Positions 30,922 to 45,921 are shown, numbered from the stretch's first letter. The stretch is DNA of 64,000 nt from Longimicrobiales bacterium (GCA_965203485.1 OZ241892.1:320001-384000), one strand, 5' to 3'. The notes: generated by a model not told the origin, from the sequence alone. Numbers and translations are program-made.

Positions 30922-31321
30922 GCCGCGGCGCGGAAAGGGAGCCGGGAGCCGCGGAGCCAGAGAAGCGTCCAGCCCCCGGGTCGCCGCGAGTCCTCGTCGG
31001 CTTTGCGTGCCTGAGCCCGGTCTCGGAGCGGCCCGGCGTACGCAGGGGTGGCGGAAGTCATGGTCTATGTGACGGCTCTGTGCCGTAGACGGGGGATCGG
31101 TGGTCGCCTCCTTCGCGGCTCTGGTTCGCGAAACGGACGGCGCGGGCACATGGACGTTGCAGGCCCATGTTTTCCCGAGAACGAGGCGTCCGTCCGGGGT
31201 GCACCAGCGCGCGGCTCTCCGCGTGGCGGCGTTCGCGAGCGCATTGGCCGCGCTTCCGGCGGCCGCTGGCGGGACAAGGGTCCTTTTGGAGCGTCGCAGC
31301 GATACGGTCGGATTGGAGTGA
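30922..31321 (+). pseudogene. Degenerate duplicate of the 3' ~400 bp of the GNAT gene (27657-28054)
   Basis: Near-colinear match ending at the same GGAGTGA stop, with many single-base indels and some substitutions. Confidence 0.92.
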
Positions 31322-31530
31322 GGAAGCGGGCGAGCCTTGATCGATGCCTCCTCGTCCCGTGCTTGCTCGGCCTTTGAAGCGAGCACGAGGAGGAAACGCT
31401 GGTAGCGATCCATGAGATGGTCGAAGCTACTGGCCTCCTCGCCACTCGCCCTCCTTTACGCACGCTTCCGATGGATCAAGGACGGGTTGACTCCGCTGTC
31501 GCAAACGACCATTGTGACGACAGTGTTGGC

Positions 31531-31836
31531 GTGAGCTGGCTGCTCTGCTTCGAATGGAACCCAGCCAAGGCCGCCGCCAACCGCCGCAAGCACGGCATTG
31601 CGTTCGATCTGGCAGCTACCGTGTTCCAGGACCCCGGCGCCATGTCGATTCCCGACGACGACCACAGCGAACACGAGGAAAGGTGGGCGACCATGGGCCG
31701 GGCGCGAGACGGACAGGTGCTGATTGTGATCCACACCGAACGCGACTCCGGTCCTGACGAGACCACCTTGCGACTCATCTCCGCCCGCCGCTCCACGCGC
31801 TCCGAACGTCGGCAGTACGAGGGAGTCTCGACATGA
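31531..31836 (+). CDS. brnT: BrnT-family ribonuclease toxin
   Basis: [34 protein letters not shown]...ERRQY. Confidence 0.9.
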   Translation: MSWLLCFEWNPAKAAANRRKHGIAFDLAATVFQDPGAMSIPDDDHSEHEERWATMGRARDGQVLIVIHTERDSGPDETTLRLISARRSTRSERRQYEGVST

Positions 31837-34800
31837 AGTCGGAATACGACTTCTCCCGGGCGAGCATCGGGAAGTTCTACCGGGAGAGGGCCAGCGTTCG
31901 CCTGCCGGACGGGGGTCCCGACCAACGCCCGGATGACCGCCGGACCCCGCAGTTCGACAAGCTGATCGCCCTCCTGAAGGAACTATTCCAGCTAGACCGA
32001 CCCGACTTGGACTTCGGGTTCTACCGCATCATGCACGCCAAGAGCGCCGAGATCACGAAGTTCCTGGAACAGGACCTGCTGCCGCAGGTGCGCGACGCGC
32101 TATCTCAGTACCAGTCAGCGGACAAGGCCGTACTGGAACGAGAATTGACCGACGCCTTGCGAAGTGCCGAAGCCCTCGGCGTGAACCCCGACGACTCCAC
32201 CACCGTCAAGGATCTCAGGGCCCGACTCGACCACGCCGTGGACGTAAAAACGCTCGAAGCCGAGGTCTACGACCATCTCTACGGATTCTTCCGTCGCTAC
32301 TACTCCGACGGGGACTTCATCAGCAAGCGCGTGTACAAGCCCGGCGTGTACGCCATTCCCTACGCAGGCGAGGAAGTCAAGCTCCACTGGGCGAATGCGG
32401 ACCAGTACTACATCAAGACGACGGAGTACCTGCGCGACTACGCGTTTCGCTTGCAACCGGCCAGCGACGCCGATCCCATGCGCGTCCATTTCCGCCTTGC
32501 CGATGCGACCGAGGGCGAACACGGCAACATTAAGGAAGCTACGGCCAAAAAACGTGTCTTCGTGCTCCGGAACAGAGACTTCCTATCTGAGGAGAAAGGC
32601 GAACGAGGCAATGAGCTGGTGATCCGGTTTGAGTATCGTCCAGCGACGTTGGCCGACTGGCCAGAAGACCGACGAGCACACCAAAGAAAGCCGCCCACCC
32701 AGAAGGATCTGCTCCGTCTTGCCGAGGTCCGCCTATTGCAGGCAAGTGATCCAGGACTGGTCCGCTGGACCAAAGCTCTGGCCGCACCACACGTCAGTGC
32801 CACTGGTGAGCCGACCGGCAATTCACGGTTTGGCACACACCTAGATCGCTATACGGCACGCAATACCTTTGACTACTTCATCCACAAGAACCTGGACGGG
32901 TTTCTTCGCCGAGAGTTGGATTTCTATATCAAGAATGAAGTCATGTATCTGGATGACATCGATAACAGGGCCGCATTGGCCGTCGAGCAGTATTTCTCCA
33001 AGATCAAGGCAGTGCGGCACATCGGCTCAAAAATCATCAATTTCTTGGCACAGCTGGAAGATTTCCAGAAAAGGATGTGGCTGAAGAAAAAATTCGTAGT
33101 GGAAACTTCATACTGCGTTCGTTTGGACTGTGTACCAAAGAAATACTGGCCTAATGTCATGGCAAATCACGCCCAGCGTCACGAATGGACAACTCTATTG
33201 TCACATGACGGACACGATCGCGACTCGACTGGCATCGATTTCAACGGTTCCGGAGCCCTCGGTGATCATCCTGGCCTACTTGTCGATACATGCCATTATG
33301 ATAGTCAGTTTCGCGATCAACTATTGAGTGAATTCCAGAATATCGACAAACTAGTGGACGGAATTCTTATACACGGTGACAACTGGCAAGCACTTCGTAT
33401 GCTCGATCACAAGTATGACCGTAGCATCAAGCATGTCTACATCGACCCTCCGTACAACACAGACGCGACGGCGATTCCATACAAGAACGATTACAAGCAC
33501 TCCTCGTGGCTATCTCTCCTGGACAGTCGTCTTCGTCTATGTGCTAGGCTGTTGGAAGACGATGGCATCTTGGTGGTAGCAATAGACGAGAACGAACAGG
33601 AAAGGCTTGGCCTCTTGCTGAATGACCTATTCCCTAGCCACGCGCGCACGTGCGTGACAGTTGTCCACAACCCTGGCGGAATCCAGGGCGACAATTTCTC
33701 CTACAACAACGAGTTCGCGTACTTCATTTACCCGGCCAAAGGTCGTTCTATCGGACTCTGGAATCGTGAGGAAGCTCCGGACATCCGGCCGCTGAGGGAT
33801 GTTTCAACCGGGCAGCACATGAGAACAGACGCCCGGAATTGCTTCTATCCGATCTTGGTACGAGAGAACGACGTAGTAGGATTCGGCGACGTCTGTGATG
33901 ACGATTATCACCCGGAAGCTGCTAATGTTGTAGGTGCTGATGGTACTATTGAAGTATACCCAATAGATGCAAGAGGAAATGAACGCAAGTGGGTCTTTAG
34001 TCGGCAGACTGTAGAATCGATCAAAGGAGAACTCGCACCGAAATGGAATACGTCTAGAAAAATTGTCGACATCATCCGACGCAAGACTATGTTCAATTAC
34101 AAAACGGTATGGACCGACAAACGCTATAACGCAAACAGCTACGGATCAAAGTTGCTCAAGGACATCTTGGGCAAGCACTCAGCTTCGTTTATGTTTCCTA
34201 AGTCTTTGCATACCGTCTCAGATTGCATTGGTGCAGCGACTGACTCTGGAACCGACGGCCACCAGGTCGTGCTGGATTTTTTCGCAGGATCTGGAACCAC
34301 TGCTCACGCTGTCATGAAGCTGAACCGTGAGGATGGAGGCAGGCGGAAATTTGTGCTGGTGGAGATGGGCGACTATTTTGACTCGGTCCTGGTGCCACGC
34401 ATCAAAAAGATCAGTATTGCACCAGAATGGAAGGGTGGAAGGCCGAAGCGCGGTGCGACATCGGCGGAGAACGAGAGGTCGCCGCGCGTTATCAAGGTGG
34501 TCAGACTCGAGTCGTACGAGGATGCCATAGGCAATTTGCGTACACGAAGGGGCAATACGGCAGATCGGTCAGCACTCGACTTATTCTCGCGGGGGGACTC
34601 GGGGGAAGCTCGGGAACGGTACTTGCTCAACTACATGCTTGACGTGGAATCACAGGGTAGTGCGTCGTTGTTGAGCATTTCGGCATTCCACGACCCGACT
34701 TCCTACCGACTCAAGGTGAAGCGGCCGGGTACGGACGAGAGTCGGGAGGTCACTGTTGACCTGCTTGAGACGTTCAACTGGCTCATTGGACTAACGGTAC

Positions 34801-35180
34801 ATCGCATGACCGCGCCGCGAGCCTACTCGGCCGACACGGAACGAGATGCGGAAGGTCGGATGCAACTTGTCGGTGGATTGAGCGATCAGGACGATGGCCC
34901 ATGGTGGTTCCGCACGGTCACCGGTACGACGCCCGACGGTCGGCGCGTCCTCGTGATCTGGCGCAAGCGGCCGGGTGGCGAGTCGCCAGATGGCATTGAG
35001 GGAGACAACCTCGTGCTCGACGAGTGGTTCAAGCTTGCGAGCTCGTTTCGGGACGATGATGCGTACGACCTCATCTACGTCAACGGCAGCAACAATCTTG
35101 AGAACCTCAAGTCGCCGTCGGATACATGGACCGTTCGGCTCATCGAGGACGACTTCCATCGACTGATGTGGGAGCAGTGA
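31833..35180 (+). CDS. mod: Type III R-M methyltransferase (Mod) with N-terminal antitoxin-like peptide
   Basis: [36 protein letters not shown]. First ~25 aa ([17 protein letters not shown]...LP) resemble BrnT-partner antitoxin N-termini; ATGA overlap with brnT. Confidence 0.9.
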   Translation: MKSEYDFSRASIGKFYRERASVRLPDGGPDQRPDDRRTPQFDKLIALLKELFQLDRPDLDFGFYRIMHAKSAEITKFLEQDLLPQVRDALSQYQSADKAVLERELTDALRSAEALGVNPDDSTTVKDLRARLDHAVDVKTLEAEVYDHLYGFFRRYYSDGDFISKRVYKPGVYAIPYAGEEVKLHWANADQYYIKTTEYLRDYAFRLQPASDADPMRVHFRLADATEGEHGNIKEATAKKRVFVLRNRDFLSEEKGERGNELVIRFEYRPATLADWPEDRRAHQRKPPTQKDLLRLAEVRLLQASDPGLVRWTKALAAPHVSATGEPTGNSRFGTHLDRYTARNTFDYFIHKNLDGFLRRELDFYIKNEVMYLDDIDNRAALAVEQYFSKIKAVRHIGSKIINFLAQLEDFQKRMWLKKKFVVETSYCVRLDCVPKKYWPNVMANHAQRHEWTTLLSHDGHDRDSTGIDFNGSGALGDHPGLLVDTCHYDSQFRDQLLSEFQNIDKLVDGILIHGDNWQALRMLDHKYDRSIKHVYIDPPYNTDATAIPYKNDYKHSSWLSLLDSRLRLCARLLEDDGILVVAIDENEQERLGLLLNDLFPSHARTCVTVVHNPGGIQGDNFSYNNEFAYFIYPAKGRSIGLWNREEAPDIRPLRDVSTGQHMRTDARNCFYPILVRENDVVGFGDVCDDDYHPEAANVVGADGTIEVYPIDARGNERKWVFSRQTVESIKGELAPKWNTSRKIVDIIRRKTMFNYKTVWTDKRYNANSYGSKLLKDILGKHSASFMFPKSLHTVSDCIGAATDSGTDGHQVVLDFFAGSGTTAHAVMKLNREDGGRRKFVLVEMGDYFDSVLVPRIKKISIAPEWKGGRPKRGATSAENERSPRVIKVVRLESYEDAIGNLRTRRGNTADRSALDLFSRGDSGEARERYLLNYMLDVESQGSASLLSISAFHDPTSYRLKVKRPGTDESREVTVDLLETFNWLIGLTVHRMTAPRAYSADTERDAEGRMQLVGGLSDQDDGPWWFRTVTGTTPDGRRVLVIWRKRPGGESPDGIEGDNLVLDEWFKLASSFRDDDAYDLIYVNGSNNLENLKSPSDTWTVRLIEDDFHRLMWEQ

Positions 35181-35182
35181 CC

Positions 35183-35780
35183 ATGGCGACACAGTATCGC
35201 GAAGGGAGCTTTCCGCCAGAAGACCGCATGGGGCAGGTGGGAGCGCTACATCCACGAGGACGCGGCCGATCGGCTGCGTCCAGCTTGCTGTCGTTCATGC
35301 CGAATTCGAGGCTCTTCACCCGTTCCTGGACGCTTGTTGGAGCACGGCGTGATCAGCCAACCCCTCTTCTCCATCAGTGCCTACCTCGAGGCTCGTCGAG
35401 CCGAATACTACGAAGGACTGCTCGCCGTCTCCCGCGACGACGAATGGACGGGATGTTGGTCTTCTTGAAGGCGGTGCTGGCCCATGCCATGGACCACCTG
35501 TCAAAGGCGAGAGCGCTCCTCGGCCTCTACGAGACGATGAAAGAGCGGGTGGCAGACGTTACCCGGTCCCAGTATGCCATTCCTGCGCTTGATTGGGTTC
35601 AACAGCGCCTGGTTCTCAGTCCATGCGGGCGTCCCAACCTGCACGGCCCGACGGCTCTTGGCGAAACTGGTCGACCATGGCGTACTGCGGGTCCTCCAGG
35701 ACCCCAGCGGCCATCGGGGATCCATCCTGGTGCTCCCGGACCTCCTGCACGTTGCCGAGGGAAGGGATGTCTTCCGACGG
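35183..35780 (+). pseudogene. Fic-family remnant
   Basis: HAEFEALHPFLD at 35296-35331 without the GNGR..R half of the motif; ISAYLEARRAEYYEGLLAVSRDDEW and a C-terminal HTH-like part in shifting frames. Confidence 0.75.
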
Positions 35781-36003
35781 TCACGGATGGCCGTCAAACT
35801 CGTTCGGTGGCCACTTCCGGCACTTGGTGGCCGTTGCTTTGTCCTCTTGGCGGTCATTTCTGGCACTATATGGCCGTCCTGCCTGCTTGGCGGTCACGGG
35901 CGAAATCGGTTTGGCGGTCACATTCGGCGTTCTGTGGCCGCTTGGTCATCTTTGCGGTCACGCGTGTCCGCGAAGCCAGGTCGGCGGCCATACTTCCGGT
36001 TAC

Positions 36004-39321
<3,318 letters not shown>

Positions 39322-39395
39322 CGGCCAAGGCCTCGGCCCGTAACTTTGGGTGGAAGTTCGCCGCTCCACGCCCCAATTCAACGGAGAACAACCTC

Positions 39396-42300
39396 GTGCG
39401 CACGCGCAACGACGCTTACCGGCGCTCCCCCGCCTCGCATCCTCGCCCAACCGCCTCCCTTCGTGCTCGTCCGTCGGCCGTCCCATCGCCGAAGACGAGC
39501 CGCCGACCCGTCGCCGAGCCGGCTTCATTGCGGCCTCTGCTCCTCCCGGTCCTCGTCGCCGGCCTGCTCGCGGCCTCCGCCGCCGTGCAGTCCCAGGCCC
39601 ACGCCCAGGACGCCGCCGCCGCCCCCGCCGATCCGCTCGCGCTCGCCACCGCGGCCCTCGAGTTCCGCGCCGTCGGCCCCACCATAATGGGCGGGCGCGT
39701 GGCCGACTTGGCCGTCGTCGAGTCCGATCCGCGCGTCTTCTACGTCGGCGTGGCCACGGGAGGCGTCTGGAAGACCGAGAACGCGGGCATCACCTTCGAG
39801 CACGTCTTCAAGGACGAAGCCACTGCTTCGGTGGGCGACGTGACGGTGGCGCCGTCCAACCCGAACGTCGTCTGGGTGGGAACCGGCGAGCCGCAGAACC
39901 GGCAGAGTTCGCCGTGGGGCGCCGGCGTGTACCGGTCGACCGACGCGGGCCGCACGTGGACGCATCTCGGACTCGAGAACACGCACCACATTGCGCGCAT
40001 TCAAGTCCACCCGCACGATCCCGACGTGGCCTACGTGGCCGCCGTGGGCCACCTGTGGGGCGCCAACCCCGAACGCGGCGTGTACCGAACCCGCGACGGC
40101 GGCGAGACCTGGGAGCGCGTGCTCTTCGTGGACGAGGACACGGGTGCCATCGACCTGGTCATGGACCCGTCCGATCCGCGCACGCTGTTCGCCGCGACGT
40201 ACCAGCGGCGGCGCCGGGCCTGGGGATTCAACGGCGGCGGGCCTGGGAGCGGCATCCACCGCACCACCGACGGCGGAGACGAATGGACCGAACTCACCCA
40301 CGGGTTGCCGGAAGGCGACAAGGGGCGGATCGGGCTTGCCGTCCACCGCGGAGACGGCAACATGGTGTTCGCGCTGGTGGAAGCCGACGCGCGCGCGCCC
40401 GGCCAGGGCTTCGGCGCGGGACAGCAGGAGGGACCGCGCCGCAACGGCGTCTACCGCTCGCTGGACCGGGGCGAGACGTGGGAGCACCTGAGCACCACCA
40501 ACAACCGGCCCATGTACTACAGCCAGATATGGGTGGATCCCAACGATCCCGAGCGCGTTTACCTGGGCGGCTCCAGCATGTACCGCTCGTCCGACGGGGG
40601 ACGCAGCTTCACGCCCGACGCGGCGTCCGGCGTCCACCTCGACCACCACGTCCTCTGGATCGACCCTGCCGACTCGGACCACCTGATCCTGGGCGGCGAC
40701 GGCGGCGTGTCGGTCAGCTGGGACCGCTCCGACAACTGGTACCAGCTGCGCAACCTGCCCATCGCCCAGTTCTACGAGATAGGCGTGGACATGCGCGATC
40801 CCTACCACGTGTGCGGCGGCCTCCAGGACAACGGGTCGTGGTGCGCACCCTCCGACACGTGGTCCAACCAGGGGATTCGCGCGCGCGACTGGTACAACGT
40901 GGGGTCGGGCGACGGCTTCTTCACGGTGATGCATCCGGCGAACCCGAAACTGATGTTTGCCGAATCGCAGGGCGGCAACCTGATGCGGGTCGACTTGGCC
41001 ACCGGCGAACGGGCCAGGATTCGTCCCCTCGCCAGACCCGCGGACGACGACGAGGAGCGGCGGTTTCGGTGGAACTGGAACACGCCCATGCTCCTCTCGG
41101 CGCACGACGACCAAGTCGTCTACGCGGGCGCCAACGTCGTCTTCCGATCCCCCGATCTGGGCCAGACTTGGCAAGAGATCAGTCCCGACCTGACCCACGC
41201 GATCGACCGCGACACGCTGGAGCTCATGGGCGTGCCCGGCAGCGAGCCGCAGATGTCGCGCAACGACGGCCAGTCCACCTACGGAAACCTGACCGCCCTC
41301 GCCGAGTCGCCGCTGGACCCCGCCGTCATCTATGCGGGCAGCGACGACGGACGCGTGCACGTCACCCGCGACGGCGGCGCCGCATGGCAGGACCTGACGC
41401 CCAACTTGGACGGCCTGCCGCCCCACACCTACGTCACGCGCATCGTGGCGTCCCACGGCGAGCCGGGCGCCGTCTTCGCGGCCTTCGACGGCCACCGCAA
41501 CGACGACTTCGCCCCCTACGTCTACGCCAGCGCGGACTTCGGCGAGAGCTGGGAGCGCGTCACCGACGGGTTGCCCCAGACCTCTCTCAACGCGCTTGCC
41601 CAGCATCCCGCCGCTCCGAACCTGCTCTTTGCGGGTAGCGAGACGGGCGTCCACTTCTCCATCGACGCGGGCCGGAGCTGGTCGCGCTTGGACGGAGGAC
41701 TGCCGACGGTTCCGGTGGACGACATTGTGGTGCATCCGCGGGACAACGACTTGGTCGTCGGCACGCACGGGCTGGGCATCTGGATCATGGACGACATTGC
41801 GCCCTTGGCGGAGCTGTCGGACGAGGTGCTGGCGTCCGACGCGCACTTGTTCTCGGTGCGCCGGGCCACGTCGTACAACCCGTACCGGCCGCAGGGCTGG
41901 ACGCCGGGCGTCTACGCCGCGCCGAACCCCGAGGCGGGTGCCCGGATTCGGTACTGGCTGGGCGAGCAGGCGGGCGGCGGCGTGAGGCTGGAGGTGAGCG
42001 ACGAGAGCGGGACCGTGGTGCGCGAGCTGCGGGGTGGCGGACGAGCCGGACTCACGGAAGTCGTGTGGGACTTGCGTTTGGCGGAGCGGACCGAGACTGC
42101 AACGGGAAACGAGACGACCGCGGCGGCAGGCCGGGAAGGCGAGTCCGCGAGCCCCTCGCCGCGGCGCAACCCTGCGATTCCCGGCCCGCGCGTCCTGCCC
42201 GGCCGGTACTCGGTGACGTTGCGTGCAGGCGCGGACACGCTCGAGACGTCCTTCGACGTGCGAATGGACCCGCGCACGTCGCTCTCGCGGGCCGACCTGG

Positions 42301-42731
42301 AGGCCCGGCATGCCGCGATGCTGGATTCCTACCGCCTCGCCCGCCCGGTGCAGGAGGCCCGCCGCCGGCTCCGGTCGATGGGCGAGCAGCTCGAGGCCGC
42401 CCAGGAGCGGGTGGACGCCGCGGCGGACAGCGTGCCGGAGGAGCTCTCCGACGAACTGGAAGCCTTCGGAGAGGCGCTGGACGAGGCCCGCGAAGCCCTC
42501 CAAGAGGCCGCCGCCGGCGCCGCCGCTTGGCGTACGATCGAAGGCTCCACCACCCTTCCCACCGCCGACCAGCTCTGGACGATCGACCGCTCGTGGGACG
42601 ACGTGCCGCCGGTGATCGAGTCCGTCAACGCGTTGCTGGAACGGCTCTCGGCGCTCCACGACATGCTGGCGGAGGCGGACGTGCGGCCGGACGCGGGCGA
42701 CCCGGTGCCCGTGCCCAAGCGGGGGAGCTGA
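39396..42731 (+). CDS. Secreted BNR/Asp-box (VPS10/sortilin-like) beta-propeller protein, putative glycosyl hydrolase
   Basis: Repeated S/T-x-D-x-G-x-T/S-W boxes; GPTIMGGRVADL N-terminus. Start uncertain. Confidence 0.88.
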   Translation: MRTRNDAYRRSPASHPRPTASLRARPSAVPSPKTSRRPVAEPASLRPLLLPVLVAGLLAASAAVQSQAHAQDAAAAPADPLALATAALEFRAVGPTIMGGRVADLAVVESDPRVFYVGVATGGVWKTENAGITFEHVFKDEATASVGDVTVAPSNPNVVWVGTGEPQNRQSSPWGAGVYRSTDAGRTWTHLGLENTHHIARIQVHPHDPDVAYVAAVGHLWGANPERGVYRTRDGGETWERVLFVDEDTGAIDLVMDPSDPRTLFAATYQRRRRAWGFNGGGPGSGIHRTTDGGDEWTELTHGLPEGDKGRIGLAVHRGDGNMVFALVEADARAPGQGFGAGQQEGPRRNGVYRSLDRGETWEHLSTTNNRPMYYSQIWVDPNDPERVYLGGSSMYRSSDGGRSFTPDAASGVHLDHHVLWIDPADSDHLILGGDGGVSVSWDRSDNWYQLRNLPIAQFYEIGVDMRDPYHVCGGLQDNGSWCAPSDTWSNQGIRARDWYNVGSGDGFFTVMHPANPKLMFAESQGGNLMRVDLATGERARIRPLARPADDDEERRFRWNWNTPMLLSAHDDQVVYAGANVVFRSPDLGQTWQEISPDLTHAIDRDTLELMGVPGSEPQMSRNDGQSTYGNLTALAESPLDPAVIYAGSDDGRVHVTRDGGAAWQDLTPNLDGLPPHTYVTRIVASHGEPGAVFAAFDGHRNDDFAPYVYASADFGESWERVTDGLPQTSLNALAQHPAAPNLLFAGSETGVHFSIDAGRSWSRLDGGLPTVPVDDIVVHPRDNDLVVGTHGLGIWIMDDIAPLAELSDEVLASDAHLFSVRRATSYNPYRPQGWTPGVYAAPNPEAGARIRYWLGEQAGGGVRLEVSDESGTVVRELRGGGRAGLTEVVWDLRLAERTETATGNETTAAAGREGESASPSPRRNPAIPGPRVLPGRYSVTLRAGADTLETSFDVRMDPRTSLSRADLEARHAAMLDSYRLARPVQEARRRLRSMGEQLEAAQERVDAAADSVPEELSDELEAFGEALDEAREALQEAAAGAAAWRTIEGSTTLPTADQLWTIDRSWDDVPPVIESVNALLERLSALHDMLAEADVRPDAGDPVPVPKRGS

Positions 42732-42788
42732 GGACCCTCGGCGGCTTCCGATGGCCCTGGTGCTTCGCGGCCCCTTGGACGAACAATC

Positions 42789-43553
42789 TTGACAGCGTGG
42801 AAAGTGCTCGTCCTTCGCGAAAAGCACGGAGCCTCGAGCTCGACCGTGGCCCTGACGGCTGCTAGCCCGCGTTGCGCTGTCGCTGCCGTCGTGCTTGCCG
42901 GTGCGGTTTCCGCGTGCGGCGGGGAGTCGGCGCGACCGTCCGAAGAGTTGCTGGAGGCGGTGGACTGGTACACGGGCGTGGCCGGGACCGTGGACGACGA
43001 GCGGGCGCGGGAGTTGTTGGGCGTGGCCGTCCGAGACGGCAATCCGCTGGCCGTGATGTGGATGGCGCGGGTGTACTCGCGCGGACGGATGGGCTACGAG
43101 CGGAACGAAGCGCGCGCGCGGTCGTTGGCGAGCGGCGTCGTCGGCGAAGTGCAGCGGGCCGCGGACGCCGGGGTGCTGGAAGCGGTCTTCTTGATGGGGA
43201 CGGCCTACGACGAAGGCTTGGGAAAGTCGGTCGACGCGTACGAGGCGGCGAAGTGGCATCGCCGGGCGGCGGAAGAAGGACACGTGCTGGCGGCGCACAA
43301 CCTTGGCAACGCGTACGCAGCGGGCCGGGGCGTGCCGCGTGATCCGCAGGAGGCCGTCAAGTGGTGGACGCTCGCGGCGGAAGCGGGCGACGCCATTCCG
43401 CAGCTGCGCTTGGGCGAGGCATACGAAGGCGGCGTCGGCGCGGACCGCGACGTCGAGCGGGCGGCCGAGTGGTACCGGCGAGCGGCGGCAGCCGGCAACG
43501 AGTCCGCTCAAGCCGCCTTGAGGCGACTGGAAGCGGGGCCGTCGAGCCACTAG
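42789..43553 (+). CDS. Sel1-like repeat (lipo)protein
   Basis: Several A...LG..Y..G.GV..D...A..W...AA..G repeats; possible lipobox VSAC. Start uncertain. Confidence 0.85.
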   Translation: MTAWKVLVLREKHGASSSTVALTAASPRCAVAAVVLAGAVSACGGESARPSEELLEAVDWYTGVAGTVDDERARELLGVAVRDGNPLAVMWMARVYSRGRMGYERNEARARSLASGVVGEVQRAADAGVLEAVFLMGTAYDEGLGKSVDAYEAAKWHRRAAEEGHVLAAHNLGNAYAAGRGVPRDPQEAVKWWTLAAEAGDAIPQLRLGEAYEGGVGADRDVERAAEWYRRAAAAGNESAQAALRRLEAGPSSH

Positions 43554-43777
43554 AGGCGCGCCCGACCCGCCGCCGTCTTTGCACGACCCATCCGGCCATG
43601 TTCCCGGCCCGGCAGTCGGGCCATCGTAATGGGGCTAGGCTGGCGCGCGGCCCGGCCGCGCCCGTTTGACGACTCCCGTTCGCGGCGCCCAAGTTGCTGT
43701 TACGTTACGATTCATTCTCCCTCGTTCTGGGACGCGATGAGACCCACCGGCGGCGCCAACACCACGACCGAGGCGCA

Positions 43778-44953
43778 ATGCCGCCGGACTGGGCCGTGAC
43801 GGGCCGCCCCGAAGTCTACCTGGACAACAACGCCACCACCCGCGTCCTGCCGGAGGTGGCGGAGGCCGTCGCCCGGACAATGCGGGACGGTTGCGGCAAT
43901 CCTTCGAGCGTGCACGCCGCCGGCGCGCGAGCCAGGAAGCGGCTGTGGTTGGCCCGGGAGCAGGTCGCGGCCCTCGTTGCGGCCGATCCGGCCGCCGTGG
44001 TGTTCACCGGAGGGGCCACCGAAGCCAACAACTTGGCGCTCCAGAGCCTCCTCGGCGGGCCGATGGACGGCTACCGCCTGGTCACGACGGCCGTGGAGCA
44101 CCCGTCGGTGCTGGCCGTTGCCGGTGCGCTCGCGCGGCTGGATCGCGAGGTCGTGACGTTGCCGGTGGATTCGAACGGTATCGTCTGCGAAGAGGAGATG
44201 GCCCGGGCGATCGCGCCGGAACGGACGCTGGTCTCCGTCCAGTGGGCGAACAACGAGACGGGCGTGGTCCAGCCGATCGCGCGGTTGGCGACGCGGGCGC
44301 GGGCGCTTGGGGCGCGCTTCCACGCGGACGCGGTCCAAGCCGTCGGCAAGCTGCCGGTGGACTTGAACGCCGTCCCCGTCGATTTCCTTTCCCTGTCCGG
44401 CCACAAGCTGCACGGCCCGCTCGGCGCGGGGGCGTTGGTGGCGCGAGACCGAAGCCTGTTGCGGCCGTTGATGTTCGGGGGAGACCAAGAGGCGGCCTTG
44501 CGCCCTGGCACCGAGAACGTCCCGGCGATCGTTGGCCTCGGCGTTGCCTTGGCGCACCGGGCGGACCGCTTCGAGGCGGTAGCAACGGCCACGCGCGACA
44601 TGCGGGACGCATTCGAGTCCGGCGTCGCCAGACGGGGACTCGCGCGAGCGGTGAACGGCTCGGGCGCCCCCCGCTTGCCCAACACGTCCAACGTCCACTT
44701 TCTGGACATGGACGGCGAGGCGCTCGTCGTCCGGCTCGACCAGGCGGGCGTTCGGTGTTCCCAGAGTTCGGCCTGCACCAACCAGCGCCCCGAGCCGTCC
44801 TACGTGCTCCGCGCCATGGGCCTATCCGAACGCCAAGCGTACGCCAGCGCGCGGTTTGCCTTCTCCGAACTCAACCGCATGGCCGACGCGAACGCCGCCG
44901 TCGAGGCCATTGCCGCCGTCCACGCGAAGCTGCTTCCCTTCGCCGTCGCCTGA
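43778..44953 (+). CDS. sspA: Cysteine desulfurase (IscS/DndA/SspA-like)
   Basis: YLDNNATT, NNETG, SGHKLHGP (PLP Lys), SSACT (catalytic Cys); first gene of the DUF4007-ATPase-PAPS reductase operon. Confidence 0.88.
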   Translation: MPPDWAVTGRPEVYLDNNATTRVLPEVAEAVARTMRDGCGNPSSVHAAGARARKRLWLAREQVAALVAADPAAVVFTGGATEANNLALQSLLGGPMDGYRLVTTAVEHPSVLAVAGALARLDREVVTLPVDSNGIVCEEEMARAIAPERTLVSVQWANNETGVVQPIARLATRARALGARFHADAVQAVGKLPVDLNAVPVDFLSLSGHKLHGPLGAGALVARDRSLLRPLMFGGDQEAALRPGTENVPAIVGLGVALAHRADRFEAVATATRDMRDAFESGVARRGLARAVNGSGAPRLPNTSNVHFLDMDGEALVVRLDQAGVRCSQSSACTNQRPEPSYVLRAMGLSERQAYASARFAFSELNRMADANAAVEAIAAVHAKLLPFAVA

Positions 44954-44964
44954 AGGAGAACTCG

Positions 44965-45921
44965 TTGCGCTTCGGGGGACACCAGACGTTCGCGATCCGC
45001 GGCGGCTGGCTCTACAAGGGCCTTCGCATGGTCGTGCAGAATCCGGAACGCATGGACGATCCGGACGTGGCGGACTGGCTGGGCGTGGGGCGTAACATGG
45101 CCAAGTCCATTCACCACTGGCTTCTGGCCACTGGCTTGGCCGAGAAGGAGTTGACCGGCGGCGGCCGCACCAGGGCGCTTCGCCCGACGGACCTCGGCAA
45201 GACGGTCTGGGAGCGCGACCGCTATTTCCTGCTGCCGGGGACTTGGTGGGCCGTCCACGTCCAGTTGATCGACCGGCCCGCGTTCGCGTTCACGTGGAAC
45301 TGGTTCTTCAACGTGTTCAGCTCCGCGCGGTTCGAGCGTCCGGTGTGCGCAGAGGCGTTGCGGCGCCACTTGGCTGCCGGCGGCGGCCGGACGCCCAGTC
45401 CGCGCACGCTCGACCGGGACGTGGCTTGCCTCCTCCGCTCCTATTCGGTGAGCGTGCCGCGCCCGGAAGAGGACCCGGAAGACGCGATGGAGTGCCCGCT
45501 GAGCGAGCTGGGCATCATGCTCCATTCCCGCCAGACGGGGTTCTACCATGTAAACCGCGGACTCAAGCCCATTCCGTTCGAGCTCTTCGGGTACGCTCTA
45601 GCTGTCGGCCGGAAGCGTCTTCTCGGACGGCAGGCCGCTGGTCGAGCTGCCGGCGGACAACGGCCCGGCGATGGGCTCCGCGTGAACGGAGACCGGTCGC
45701 TTGCCGAGCTTGTCCATGAAGCCGGCGCCCCCGGACGGGTCTTCGCGATGACCGCGGAATCCTTGTACGAACTGGTGGCGGGCTACGAGGCGGAAGGACG
45801 GGTACGGCTGGACGGCCAAGCCGGAGAAAGGATCGTCCGCGTTCGGACAAGCGGGCCCGGGCCGGAATGGATGGCGCGCTACTACGACTCGGCGGACCGA
45901 GCCGCGGAGCAGGCTGCCTAG
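44965..45921 (+). CDS. sspB: DUF4007-family protein (SspB-like)
   Basis: AAGGAG RBS + TTG; FGGHQTFAIRGGWLYKG, LGVGRNMAKSIHHWL, ECPLSELG. Confidence 0.85.
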   Translation: MRFGGHQTFAIRGGWLYKGLRMVVQNPERMDDPDVADWLGVGRNMAKSIHHWLLATGLAEKELTGGGRTRALRPTDLGKTVWERDRYFLLPGTWWAVHVQLIDRPAFAFTWNWFFNVFSSARFERPVCAEALRRHLAAGGGRTPSPRTLDRDVACLLRSYSVSVPRPEEDPEDAMECPLSELGIMLHSRQTGFYHVNRGLKPIPFELFGYALAVGRKRLLGRQAAGRAAGGQRPGDGLRVNGDRSLAELVHEAGAPGRVFAMTAESLYELVAGYEAEGRVRLDGQAGERIVRVRTSGPGPEWMARYYDSADRAAEQAA

